A stretch of DNA of 64,000 nucleotides, from IMG/VR virus record IMGVR_UViG_3300023110_000023, positions 14,302 through 78,301 of that record. One strand, written 5' to 3'. Each line of letters opens with the position of its first letter. The stretch's first letter is position 1. Positions 38,878-48,116 of the stretch are shown here, in pieces. Position numbers and translations under genes: made by a program. The notes beneath the pieces are model-generated. The model searched no databases. It saw only the letters and a program-made list of their open reading frames with translations, and was not told the DNA's origin. The stretch is from a virus.

Positions 38878-39915
38878 ATGCTGTGGGCAGAATCATACAG
38901 ACCAGCCACGCTGGATGATGTGATTGGACAACCACACATCACGAAGCGACTCGCGTACATGGTGGACATTCTTCACCAGCAGGGTGGCGATGGTGGATTC
39001 CCACATCTCATGTTCATCGGCAAGGCTGGAACGGGCAAGACCTCGCTGGCGATGGCGTTGATGAAGACGATGTTCGGTGATGATTGGGATGCGAACTTCG
39101 TGGAGATGAACGCCAGCGATGAGCGAAGCATCTCGGTCGTGAGAACCAAAGTCAAGGAGTTCGCAAGGCGAGGCGTGATTGGCTCATACAAAGCACCCAA
39201 CGGGGAAGTCCGAAGCATCCCGTTCAATGTCGTGTTCCTTGACGAATGCGACCAATTGACACCCGATGCACAGGGCGCGTTGAGGCGAATCATGGAACAA
39301 TACGCCAAGACCACGCGATTCATCCTGTCGTGCAATTATCCGCACCGCATCATAGACCCGATTAAAGACCGCTGTGCGTTCTCCGACACCCGATTCCGAC
39401 CGATACCCCCAGCGACTACAAAGGAGGCTCTCCAGCGTGTCGTGGGGCGTGAAAAACTGACCATCACCGATGAGGCTGTGGAACTGATTGCCGAGATGTG
39501 CAACGGCTCTATGAGGAAGGCTCTCAACACGCTGTTCGCAACGACCCGTGTTCCCGATGAGGCGACCGTTGATGATGTCCGAGATGTGATTGCCGAGATG
39601 AGCCCGAAGGCTCGTACGCGATTGCTGGCGACCGCTTTTCAATTGGGGCAGACCGATGATGTTGAGCAATACGCCAAACTGTGTCAGCGGATTGACAAAC
39701 AGGTTGAATCGTTGGCGGAACGAGGTTTCAGCGGAACGGATATTTTGGAATCCGTGTTCAAATCCACTTCGGAAGACGAGCGAATGCCTGTGGCTGTCAA
39801 GAGGCAGATATTCGGCTCAATAGGGGATGCCCTGTATCACGCATCCATCGCTCAAGACGACATTCTTGTAGTCAAGTCATGGTTGAGGAAAATCGGTGAG
39901 GGTCATGGTGGCTAA
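38878..39915 (+). CDS. rfcS: replication factor C small subunit (clamp loader)
   Basis: WAESYRP..LDDVIGQ, PHLMFIGKAGTGKT, EMNASDER, FLDECD.LT.DAQGALRR.ME, FILSCNY, IKDRC. Confidence 0.95.
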   Translation: MLWAESYRPATLDDVIGQPHITKRLAYMVDILHQQGGDGGFPHLMFIGKAGTGKTSLAMALMKTMFGDDWDANFVEMNASDERSISVVRTKVKEFARRGVIGSYKAPNGEVRSIPFNVVFLDECDQLTPDAQGALRRIMEQYAKTTRFILSCNYPHRIIDPIKDRCAFSDTRFRPIPPATTKEALQRVVGREKLTITDEAVELIAEMCNGSMRKALNTLFATTRVPDEATVDDVRDVIAEMSPKARTRLLATAFQLGQTDDVEQYAKLCQRIDKQVESLAERGFSGTDILESVFKSTSEDERMPVAVKRQIFGSIGDALYHASIAQDDILVVKSWLRKIGEGHGG

Positions 39916-40282
39916 GGACAACGACCGCATCGCTGGCGACAACGATGAAATCCTCGCCCTCATCCGTGAACGGCTGGACATCGGGCTCAAGACATACGGG
40001 CATGGAATCAATGTCCATGACGACACACGGGAATGGGGAACGAAGGAGAACTCATGGGTTGAGATGGGGCTGGAAGAGATGCTTGACCTCGCCCTGTATC
40101 TCGGTGCATCGTGCATACGCATCCGACACATTGAGGCGGAATGCGAGGCGATTCGTGAGGAACTCAAAGCCAAGCGGAAGGAACTCAACGAGCGTGAAGT
40201 CAAGGTGTCGGTCAAGGAGAAGCGTCTTGCTGATAAGGGTGGGGACAATTGGTGGAAACGATGGCGTGGAAACCGTTCTTAA
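39905..40282 (+). CDS. MazG-like all-alpha nucleotide pyrophosphatase-family protein (putative)
   Basis: RLDIGLKTYG...W...GLEEMLDLALYL (EExxD) motif; immediately upstream of PolB. Confidence 0.55.
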   Translation: MVAKDNDRIAGDNDEILALIRERLDIGLKTYGHGINVHDDTREWGTKENSWVEMGLEEMLDLALYLGASCIRIRHIEAECEAIREELKAKRKELNEREVKVSVKEKRLADKGGDNWWKRWRGNRS

Positions 40283-42954
40283 TTGTCGCTGTGGAATATC
40301 ACGAAGACCGCGATTTGACGGTTAGGCTACGGGTGAAGTCGCTGGATGGCGACTCGTTGGTGCTGAATGTTGGAGGCTGTGTGCCTCGCTTTTGGACTGA
40401 AAAAGACCCCAGCAAACTGCGTCTGCCGAAGGGAATCAAGTTCAAGGCATCCGACTACACCTCCATTGAGGGCGCGCCCCTGTGGGAAGTGCGAGCCAAA
40501 CTTCCATCGGAACTCCGTGAGATTCGTGAGGTTCTGTTCCCATCGTATTGCGCCGATGTTCCCTTCGCCAATTTGGTTCGCTGGATTTACGATTGGACTG
40601 CGGTTATTGAAGTCAATACCGATGTTCTGCACCAGCCACAGATTCGCCCGATTCACATTCGCCCCAGCGATGAAGACCCAGCGAACTTCAAACTCAATCC
40701 GCTTTATTTTGACATTGAAACCGCTGATTCGCTGGACACCGAGAACACGCCCGAACGCGTGGTGTCCATCGCCATCTATGACCAACGCACAGATACCCAC
40801 GAATGTGCGACAATTCGCCATACGAGCGAGCGACAGGTCAAGCGGTTCTTATCCAGCCAAGAGGCGTTGCACAGCGTTGTTGAGCATGAGAACGACATTC
40901 CACCGCTGAACTCCGACCGCATCAAAGTCTTCAACATTGAAGGCGATGACGATGACGAGCGAGAGGCTGGATTGCTGTGGTGGTTTCATCACAGGCTTGA
41001 ACACTACGACCCCGACCTCATCGCTGGGCAGAACATCATTGACTACGACATACCGTATCTCCGAAACCGTTGCCGAATCCAACGCAACAACATGGAACGG
41101 CTTCACATGGGCAGTCCACCCGTGTGGGCGACCTATCCGAAACTGTTCCGAAAGAGGCGTGGATTGATGCCTCCGTTTGACACGAAAAAGGTGTATGCCG
41201 AGCAAGTTCAAGGCTCGGCGGCGACTACGGGGCAAGCGAGTCTTGGATGGATGGGGGCGACCACGCTGGGCTACGGCAAAGTTCCACGCACCTCAATCAA
41301 GGAGATGATGGACAGCGACCCGCTGATGCTGGTCATTTACAACATTTGGGACAATGTGGTGGCTCATCGTTGCATGGACACGCTGGACTTGGTGGCGTTT
41401 TATCAAGCGAAGGTGGCGTTTCACAATTCCACGATTCACCACGCTCACAGCAACATGATGCTCATTGAGGACATGATGGGACACCTGCTCAAAGAACGCA
41501 AGGTCGTGATGCCCTCGCTGGACACCGTGAGGGCGCGATTGACGGGCGAAGGGATTGAGCAAGGTGGATTCGTGATGGAAGCACCATCGGGCATTTGGAG
41601 GAACGCTATTGAATTGGATAACTCAATGGAATACCCCAGCGTCATCATCTCATGCAACGCAGACCTGTCCACGAAGGTTCGTGAGGAAGACTATCCCGAT
41701 GGCTTCCCATTCCCTGTGGCTCGCACTCCAGCGGGTCGCATTTACCGACAGGACATTGAGGGACTGATGCCCGCGTTCCTTCGCAGACTCGCCAGCGAGC
41801 GTGAGATTCTGCGAGCCAACATGAGCGAAGCCGAAGACAAAGGCGACCACGCTCTTGCTGACAAACTCAACAAAAAGCAACGGGTCATGAAGGAGAACAT
41901 GAACTCTTGGTATGGTGTGCTGGGTTCGGGCAGAACCGAGAAGACAGCCCAACGACCGTTCCGCATGACCGACCCCGAAATCGGCTCGGACATCACCGAG
42001 ATTGCGAGGCTACACAACGATTGGAACAAACAGATGATTGAGAAGACAACCATGTGGTTTCACGATGACGGAGTGTTCCCCGAACCATTGATACCCCATA
42101 ACATTGATAAACCGTCAGCCCCCCGTGTATCGGAGTCCGAGTCGGGCGGGTGGCTGGAACTCCGCTTCCGTGTGCTGTATCAAGACACCGATTCGTGTAA
42201 AATGTGCATAGAGAATCATGACGAGGCTGAACAGGCCATCCGACCATTCACCGAACAGGACATCTATTCCATCGGCAATATGCTGACGGTGATGCTCAAC
42301 GATTCGTTCCATGAGTTCGTGCAGACGACCATCGGCATCCCACGAAACGAGTTCTTCAAGGTCAAGCCCGATGCCTATTATTCTCGCTATTTTCAATGGG
42401 GAGTCAAGAAGCGATACGCGTACATGGACTTCAACGGGAAGAAGGGCTATCGTGGCGTGGAGATGCGAAGAAGTTCCTCCCCTCAAATCGTAAAAGACGC
42501 ACAGCAAGCCATTTTTGACAGCATCCTCAACGGGTGTTCCAAGACCGAATTGAACTCAATTATCCGCGATATTGAAGCCAATATGCTGGATGAAACCAAG
42601 ACTCCAGCGTTGAACTTCGGTCAGCCAATGGGAATCAAGAAAGAAGGAACGATGGCTCACAAATCAGCGATGTGGACAAACACCAATCTCGGAACTCAAT
42701 TCGCTTTGGGCGATAAGCCGATGTTGTTCATCGCATCCAACACACCCGCTGGAACGCCCTCAAACCGTGTCGTTGCTGTGGAGTGGGGAGATGACCCAGC
42801 AAGTCTTGGCGTAGTCGTGGACAGGAAGGCAAGCATCACGAAGTTCTTCAACGATTCAAACTCGTTCTCGCAGATATTGGGGGCGATGGGGACATCGTGG
42901 GAACAGGCGATTCTCGGCATCGGCAAGACCTCAATGGGTGATTGGTTCAAATGA
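40261..42954 (+). CDS. polB: family B DNA polymerase
   Basis: Exo motifs FDIET and GQNIIDYDIPYL; pol motifs LDNSMEYPSVI, KENMNSWYG, YQDTDS, KKRY; class II box at 40230. Confidence 0.96.
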   Translation: MAWKPFLIVAVEYHEDRDLTVRLRVKSLDGDSLVLNVGGCVPRFWTEKDPSKLRLPKGIKFKASDYTSIEGAPLWEVRAKLPSELREIREVLFPSYCADVPFANLVRWIYDWTAVIEVNTDVLHQPQIRPIHIRPSDEDPANFKLNPLYFDIETADSLDTENTPERVVSIAIYDQRTDTHECATIRHTSERQVKRFLSSQEALHSVVEHENDIPPLNSDRIKVFNIEGDDDDEREAGLLWWFHHRLEHYDPDLIAGQNIIDYDIPYLRNRCRIQRNNMERLHMGSPPVWATYPKLFRKRRGLMPPFDTKKVYAEQVQGSAATTGQASLGWMGATTLGYGKVPRTSIKEMMDSDPLMLVIYNIWDNVVAHRCMDTLDLVAFYQAKVAFHNSTIHHAHSNMMLIEDMMGHLLKERKVVMPSLDTVRARLTGEGIEQGGFVMEAPSGIWRNAIELDNSMEYPSVIISCNADLSTKVREEDYPDGFPFPVARTPAGRIYRQDIEGLMPAFLRRLASEREILRANMSEAEDKGDHALADKLNKKQRVMKENMNSWYGVLGSGRTEKTAQRPFRMTDPEIGSDITEIARLHNDWNKQMIEKTTMWFHDDGVFPEPLIPHNIDKPSAPRVSESESGGWLELRFRVLYQDTDSCKMCIENHDEAEQAIRPFTEQDIYSIGNMLTVMLNDSFHEFVQTTIGIPRNEFFKVKPDAYYSRYFQWGVKKRYAYMDFNGKKGYRGVEMRRSSSPQIVKDAQQAIFDSILNGCSKTELNSIIRDIEANMLDETKTPALNFGQPMGIKKEGTMAHKSAMWTNTNLGTQFALGDKPMLFIASNTPAGTPSNRVVAVEWGDDPASLGVVVDRKASITKFFNDSNSFSQILGAMGTSWEQAILGIGKTSMGDWFK

Positions 42955-43412
42955 CGCGCCCCAGCGACTACACGAAGGCGTGGAGGATTCTCCGCACGAA
43001 CTGTGGCTTGAGCCACTATCAAGTGCGAGCGATATTCAGCGAGCATCTCGGAGGGCTCGGTGTCCATAAGAACCTCGCTGGTCGTGAACTTCGCAGGGAA
43101 GAAGCCCTGTGGGAACAGGAAGCCGAAGCATTCGCTTTGATGCTGAATGACCCCGACCCCACCAAGTTCGCTGACAGGCTGTATCAAGCCGTGTGGGAAG
43201 GTGATGAACCCCAATTGGCGTATGTGCTGGTTCGGCTGGTGGAGAAGCGTGTCCGAGAATGGAATGGCTGGGGCGAGGAAGAACGCCAGCGAATCAAGGA
43301 ACGGGTGCTTCGGAGGCTGTCGCGATACGAGAAGCGAACAGGGCTTCAAGCGTGGACTGACCGCCACTTGCTGACCTATCTCCACATCAACGATGTCCAC
43401 TTTGAATCATGA
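42951..43412 (+). CDS. hypothetical protein
   Basis: ATGA overlap with polB stop; SD GGTGA. Confidence 0.7.
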   Translation: MTRPSDYTKAWRILRTNCGLSHYQVRAIFSEHLGGLGVHKNLAGRELRREEALWEQEAEAFALMLNDPDPTKFADRLYQAVWEGDEPQLAYVLVRLVEKRVREWNGWGEEERQRIKERVLRRLSRYEKRTGLQAWTDRHLLTYLHINDVHFES

Positions 43413-43423
43413 CCACTCAAATA

Positions 43424-43465
43424 TCAATGGTTGAGATTTGTAAGTGGAAAGGTATATATGCAACC
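43424..43465 (+). promoter_or_regulatory. promoter shared only with vWA gene (TCAATGGTT-N8-TAAGTGGAA-TATA)
   Basis: Matches 45848-45891; canonical archaeal BRE/TATA (GAAAGGTATATA). Confidence 0.7.
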
Positions 43466-43531
43466 GCTGTATCACAATGGTTTGTCGGACTACGAGCCGA
43501 CACCCAAACCGAAACACAGGAGATGAAAAAT

Positions 43532-44701
43532 ATGGGAATGATTGAGAATATGCGAGATGCCGTTGAAATCAACGGTGGCCGATTGAGCGAAGAACGATAC
43601 CTTGAGGAAGTGCTACGACTGACCGAGAGCGAAGGGGGTTCAACCACCATCGCTTCCTTGAAGTCCAATGCTTTCAACAGCAAGCGAATGGAATCAGCGG
43701 GAATCACCCGTGTGTCCATCGGTGCTGACAAAATGGTGTGGACTGTGAGCCTTGCAGAAGACATGATGAACGGCAACACCAGCACCCTTCAAACGAACTT
43801 CGTTCAGCGCGACACCAGCCAAGACTTCAACACGGATGAAGGATGCTTCTATGGCGTTCCACGACGCTCGCCATCGGACTATCCCGACTTCCTCCAGCAA
43901 TACATCATCCCACGCGGAACTCTCCAATACGAAGAGTCCGACCGCAACGAGATGCGTCTGTTTGCTGTTGCATTCAAGAACGGCTGGAATGTCGCCATTG
44001 ACGGTGCAAAGGGCTGTGGGAAGACGATGGGCATTCGTGCCTTCGCTTCCGAAGTCGGTATGCCTGTCCTTCGTGTGAACTGTTCCGAAGGCTTCACCGA
44101 AGAGTCCTTCATCGGCTACAACACGCTCAAGAACGGTGAGATGACTTGGATTGACGGGATGCTTCCAATCGCCATGCGATACGGTTGCCTTCTCATCTTT
44201 GACGAGTTCCGTTCCGCACGACCCGAAATCATGACCGCATGGAACGCTGTCGGTGATTCGGGACAATTGCTCTTGACGGACAACAACAACGAAGTCGTGT
44301 CGGCTCACGCTGACTTCCGCACCTTCGCCACCATGAACCCGCTTGATGGGTATTCGGGTGGACAGGACATCAACCAAGCAACCCTTGACCGCTTTGACCT
44401 CAACATGAAGGTGGACTACCTTCCCGAAGAGAAGGAAATCAAGGTCATCTGTCAGCAGTCGGGCGTGAACAACATCGCCCTCGCTCGCCAATTGGTGTCC
44501 TTCTCCAACGACCTCCGCCGAATGAAGAAGGAAGGCACTCTTGAGTCCGACACCAGCACTCGTATGCTGGTTGCGATGATGGAAGCCAGCCTTGACTTCA
44601 ACATGACCGAGATGGTTGAGTTCGTGATGCTTGGTCGCTATCAGCCCCATGAGATTGATGAAATCAAGGCTGTGGCTCGCGCTCGCTTGAGCGATTATTG
44701 A
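43532..44701 (+). CDS. MoxR-family AAA+ ATPase (CbbQ/NorQ/CobS-like)
   Basis: DGAKGCGKT, RVNCS, WIDGML, LIFDEF, ATMNP, NQATLDRF, STRML. Confidence 0.93.
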   Translation: MGMIENMRDAVEINGGRLSEERYLEEVLRLTESEGGSTTIASLKSNAFNSKRMESAGITRVSIGADKMVWTVSLAEDMMNGNTSTLQTNFVQRDTSQDFNTDEGCFYGVPRRSPSDYPDFLQQYIIPRGTLQYEESDRNEMRLFAVAFKNGWNVAIDGAKGCGKTMGIRAFASEVGMPVLRVNCSEGFTEESFIGYNTLKNGEMTWIDGMLPIAMRYGCLLIFDEFRSARPEIMTAWNAVGDSGQLLLTDNNNEVVSAHADFRTFATMNPLDGYSGGQDINQATLDRFDLNMKVDYLPEEKEIKVICQQSGVNNIALARQLVSFSNDLRRMKKEGTLESDTSTRMLVAMMEASLDFNMTEMVEFVMLGRYQPHEIDEIKAVARARLSDY

Positions 44702-44711
44702 GGCTCACACA

Positions 44712-44772
44712 CGCTGGGAGATTGGGTCGGGCTGGGGGGTTCTCCCAGCGGGGTGTTTCTGCCCCCCAGCCC
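44712..44772 (+). other. predicted H-type RNA pseudoknot 3' of AAA gene
   Basis: S1 44712-44721 / 44741-44750 (10 bp perfect) interleaved with S2 44729-44739 / 44762-44772 (11 bp perfect). Confidence 0.55.
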
Positions 44773-44823
44773 ACACCCTGTCCATCCCTGTGCTTGATAA
44801 CGGTGGGGGCTGAACTCCAGCCC

Positions 44824-44985
44824 ATGTCCTCCGTTGAAGACCTCATCAGCAAGCAAGCCGACCAAATCCGTGAACTCCAATCCAAAGTGGAACGCCTTGA
44901 GCGAATCATTGACGGATTCGGTGAGATGTTGCGACCTTCTCCGAAGGAAAACAACGCACGACTGACCCGATGGATGAACGACTGA
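44824..44985 (+). CDS. small coiled-coil protein
   Basis: MSSVEDLISKQADQIRELQSKVERLE; class II box at 44794. Confidence 0.65.
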   Translation: MSSVEDLISKQADQIRELQSKVERLERIIDGFGEMLRPSPKENNARLTRWMND

Positions 44986-45839
44986 TGTTGATTGGTGCGA
45001 AGAGGAACTTCTCGCCCATCAAAGCATGGTTTGAGGCATTCCAACACGGCAAGCCATCGCAATACCCACTCATCGTGGTGGGCGATGCTGGCGTGGGGAA
45101 GACGACCGTTGTGAAGCACTACGCGACCGCGAACGGATTTGATGTCATCTCCAGCGAGGGCGGTGAATCGCGTACGGCTTCGGACTTGAAGCGTCTGTTC
45201 AGCGATGCGAGGATGCCGACTTTCTTTGGACAACGCAGGGCTGTCATCCTTGAGGATGCCGACCTGCTGGGGAAGAAGGAATGGAAGGAGGTTGCCGAGC
45301 CGATTGGAAGCAAGGCATTCCCGTTGGTCATTATCGCGCCCAGCGTGTCGTCTGTGGCGTGGAATTATCGCAGGGGTGCATTGGTGCATCACCTTCCGAA
45401 TCCTTCGCACAGCGACCTCACAGCGTATCTCACGGGGATTGCTGACGATTCCGACCCAGCCCACTTGGATTGGATTGCATCCAACGCATCCACATGGCGA
45501 CAGGCTGAACACCTTCTCCGAACCACGCCCGTTGGATTCCAAGACGAGATTGGAGATTGGAAGCCCAGCCGACACGGACACGATGAAGTCGTGGCGTTGC
45601 TCGCTGGAGATGGTGGCGAATCATTCTCATCCCATCCACTCGCTGTGATTTCATGTGCCGAGTTCAACGGGTGCGACCCCGATGTTGTGTTGAAGGCGAT
45701 GGATTTGCACAGCAAGTCTTGGTCAGCCGACCTATTGAGTCCGATAAGCCGAGCATACATCTCCACGATGCGAACCCAAACGCAGAACCGACCGCCATTC
45801 CGTCAGCGTCAAGCCCAAACCCGATTCCTCAACAAATGA
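44970..45839 (+). CDS. replication factor C large subunit-like AAA+ protein (short, divergent)
   Basis: IVVGDAGVGKT, DVISSEGGESRT (degenerate ELNASD.R), VILEDAD. Confidence 0.7.
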   Translation: MDERLMLIGAKRNFSPIKAWFEAFQHGKPSQYPLIVVGDAGVGKTTVVKHYATANGFDVISSEGGESRTASDLKRLFSDARMPTFFGQRRAVILEDADLLGKKEWKEVAEPIGSKAFPLVIIAPSVSSVAWNYRRGALVHHLPNPSHSDLTAYLTGIADDSDPAHLDWIASNASTWRQAEHLLRTTPVGFQDEIGDWKPSRHGHDEVVALLAGDGGESFSSHPLAVISCAEFNGCDPDVVLKAMDLHSKSWSADLLSPISRAYISTMRTQTQNRPPFRQRQAQTRFLNK

Positions 45840-45847
45840 CTCAACCA

Positions 45848-45891
45848 TCAATGGTTCAGTTCCATAAGTGGAAGTGTTTATATGGTGCAAC
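45848..45891 (+). promoter_or_regulatory. promoter shared only with MoxR AAA gene
   Basis: TCAATGGTT-N8-TAAGTGGAA-GTGTTTATATGGTGCAAC; ATG 45906 at +29 from TTTATA. Confidence 0.7.
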
Positions 45892-45905
45892 GGGCTGGGA
45901 GGGGT

Positions 45906-48110
45906 ATGAGCCGAGCAATATCGCCACGACTACGAGCCCAAGCCCGTGTCCGAACCTTGACCCGTGTAGCCCGTGTGCTATCGGGCGAATTGGAGAAGGT
46001 TGGAACGCCTGTCAAGCAAGTCATCCTGTGTCCACAGGGTCGTGCTTGCACAGACGGACAACGAGTGTGGATTCCCGAAACCATGAGCGAAGACCCACGA
46101 CAGAACTTGATGATGCAAGAAGCCATCCTCGCACATGAGGCGGCGGGTCATCTCCGCTACACCGACTTCGGTGCATGGAAGCGTGTTGGCGACAAAATCA
46201 AGGCTGGCGAGGAAGACCGCTTGCTTCACGACTTCGTGAACATTCTTGAGGATGCCCGTGTGAACCACTTGCTCGCACAGGACTTCGCTGGAAGCGGGAA
46301 GCGTCTTGACGCAACCCAAGAGATTTTCATGGTCAAGCACCGTGAGATGTGGGCAACCAAAACCATTGACGAGTCCAACGCTGGTCGTGCTTCCATCGTA
46401 GCCATGATGACCGAAGCCATCAGCCGTGAAGCACACTTCTTCCCTCACTCCCCATTGGTCTGCGACTACATGGATGAGGTTCGCACTCACATGGTCAATG
46501 CTATCAGCCAACCAACGACCGATTCGGTCATCAAGTCAGCCAAGAAGGTCTTGGCCGTGTTCCGTGAACACTTCCCAGCAACCGCTGGTGATGACGACAT
46601 GACGGGCATCCCACAGGGCGAAGACGGTGAAGGCATGATGATGGATGACATGAGCCCCGAAGAGATTGAACGCATGGCTCAAGAGCAGAAGAAGCGAGAG
46701 GCGAAGGTGGAAGAAGCACCTCGCCAACGATTCAAGGAACTCAAGGAACAGGCCGAGAAAATGGCTCAAGAGTCCAAGAAGGCACAGGAAGACGCACAGA
46801 ACGCACAGGAGAGCGAAGAAAACGCTGGGGAGGGTCAAGACACCACCGAAGGCGAGGAAGACGCTGGAGAGGGCGAGAACGGCCAAAACAGCGATGCTGG
46901 CGATGACGCTGGTGCTGGCGATTCCTTCGTTGAAGACGAGGATGGCGACATTGAAGGCGAGATTGAGGGCGAGGGAAGCGATGGTGAAGGCATGGACATC
47001 AACATGGACATGGACACCGATGGCGACTCCGATTCCGATTGCGACAACGGCTCTCCTTCCGATGCTGACGCTGACGCTGACGCTCAAGAGGGCGATGCTC
47101 AAGACGGCACTCCACAGAACTCCGATGAAGGTGGCGAGCATGAAGGCGAAACCCCATACGATGACGACTTGGGTGTTGAACTCCAAGACCTCCTTGAAGC
47201 CGAAGAACTTGAAGCACTCAAGTCCGAAGCACAGGAGGCTGGCGAATTGGATGCAGTCAGTTCCGCAGACATTGAAGGCTCATACGATGAGAATGACCGA
47301 TACAGCCTCGTCAAAGTCATCGGTGCTTCCGAGTTCATGGCTGAATATGAAGAACGCAACATCGCTACATACAACATTCACTACGATGTGGTCAAGGGAC
47401 AGAACCGAGCCCAAATCACCACCATGAGCAACCAAATGAAGAGGCTCTTGAAAGACCCACAGGGCAAGTGGGAACGAGCAACCAAGAAGGGTCGCATTGA
47501 CTCTCGCAGACTCTCATACAGCCAAACCAGCAACCGTGTCTTCCGCAAGCGAAACGAAGAGTCCGATGCACAGGTGAACGCACTCATCCTCATTGACGCA
47601 AGCGGTTCAATGAGTGGACACCGCGCACAGATGGCTTCGGAGGCTGGCGTGGTCTTGACCGAAGTGATGGATTCAATCGGCTGGAATGTTGAAGTCGTGG
47701 ACTTCCACTCTTCCTTCTCCGACACCACCATCCGTGTTCGCAAGCCAATGATGTCCCCCATCAACCAATTCAGCAAGTCGGCAATCGCTATGCCGTTCAC
47801 GGGTTCATCCAACGGTGATGGCTACGCTGTTGAGTGGTGCTTGAACCGCTTGATGCAATTCAACGGCAAGAAGGTGCTGTTCGTCATCTCCGATGGACAA
47901 CCAAGTGGGGCTCACCCAGCCGACATGAACGAGGAAGAACACTTGCTCAAGGTCGTTGCAGAAGCACCAAAGGAAGTCGGTCTGTTCTCCATCGGCATTG
48001 ACGGCATGGACACCAGCAAGTTCTATCCTCACTCCGCATCCTGTGATGCAAGCGACTTGGCGAAGGCTGTGTTGCCTGTGTTCAAGCAAATGGTTCGCGC
48101 CATGCGATGA
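45906..48110 (+). CDS. vWA domain protein (CobT/NorD-like MoxR partner)
   Basis: HEAAGH and NILEDARVN metallopeptidase-like N-term; long acidic linker; LIDASGSM MIDAS, VISDGQP. Confidence 0.92.
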   Translation: MSRAISPRLRAQARVRTLTRVARVLSGELEKVGTPVKQVILCPQGRACTDGQRVWIPETMSEDPRQNLMMQEAILAHEAAGHLRYTDFGAWKRVGDKIKAGEEDRLLHDFVNILEDARVNHLLAQDFAGSGKRLDATQEIFMVKHREMWATKTIDESNAGRASIVAMMTEAISREAHFFPHSPLVCDYMDEVRTHMVNAISQPTTDSVIKSAKKVLAVFREHFPATAGDDDMTGIPQGEDGEGMMMDDMSPEEIERMAQEQKKREAKVEEAPRQRFKELKEQAEKMAQESKKAQEDAQNAQESEENAGEGQDTTEGEEDAGEGENGQNSDAGDDAGAGDSFVEDEDGDIEGEIEGEGSDGEGMDINMDMDTDGDSDSDCDNGSPSDADADADAQEGDAQDGTPQNSDEGGEHEGETPYDDDLGVELQDLLEAEELEALKSEAQEAGELDAVSSADIEGSYDENDRYSLVKVIGASEFMAEYEERNIATYNIHYDVVKGQNRAQITTMSNQMKRLLKDPQGKWERATKKGRIDSRRLSYSQTSNRVFRKRNEESDAQVNALILIDASGSMSGHRAQMASEAGVVLTEVMDSIGWNVEVVDFHSSFSDTTIRVRKPMMSPINQFSKSAIAMPFTGSSNGDGYAVEWCLNRLMQFNGKKVLFVISDGQPSGAHPADMNEEEHLLKVVAEAPKEVGLFSIGIDGMDTSKFYPHSASCDASDLAKAVLPVFKQMVRAMR

Positions 48111-48116
48111 GGTGAG

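Noticed and set aside
42050-42170. Intein in PolB
   Set aside because: The insert is only about 30 aa, with no C/S...HN splice-junction residues.
44699-44800. Stop-codon readthrough of the AAA gene
   Set aside because: In-frame readthrough adds only about 31 low-complexity residues; no canonical slippery site, and the downstream ORF has its own promoter.
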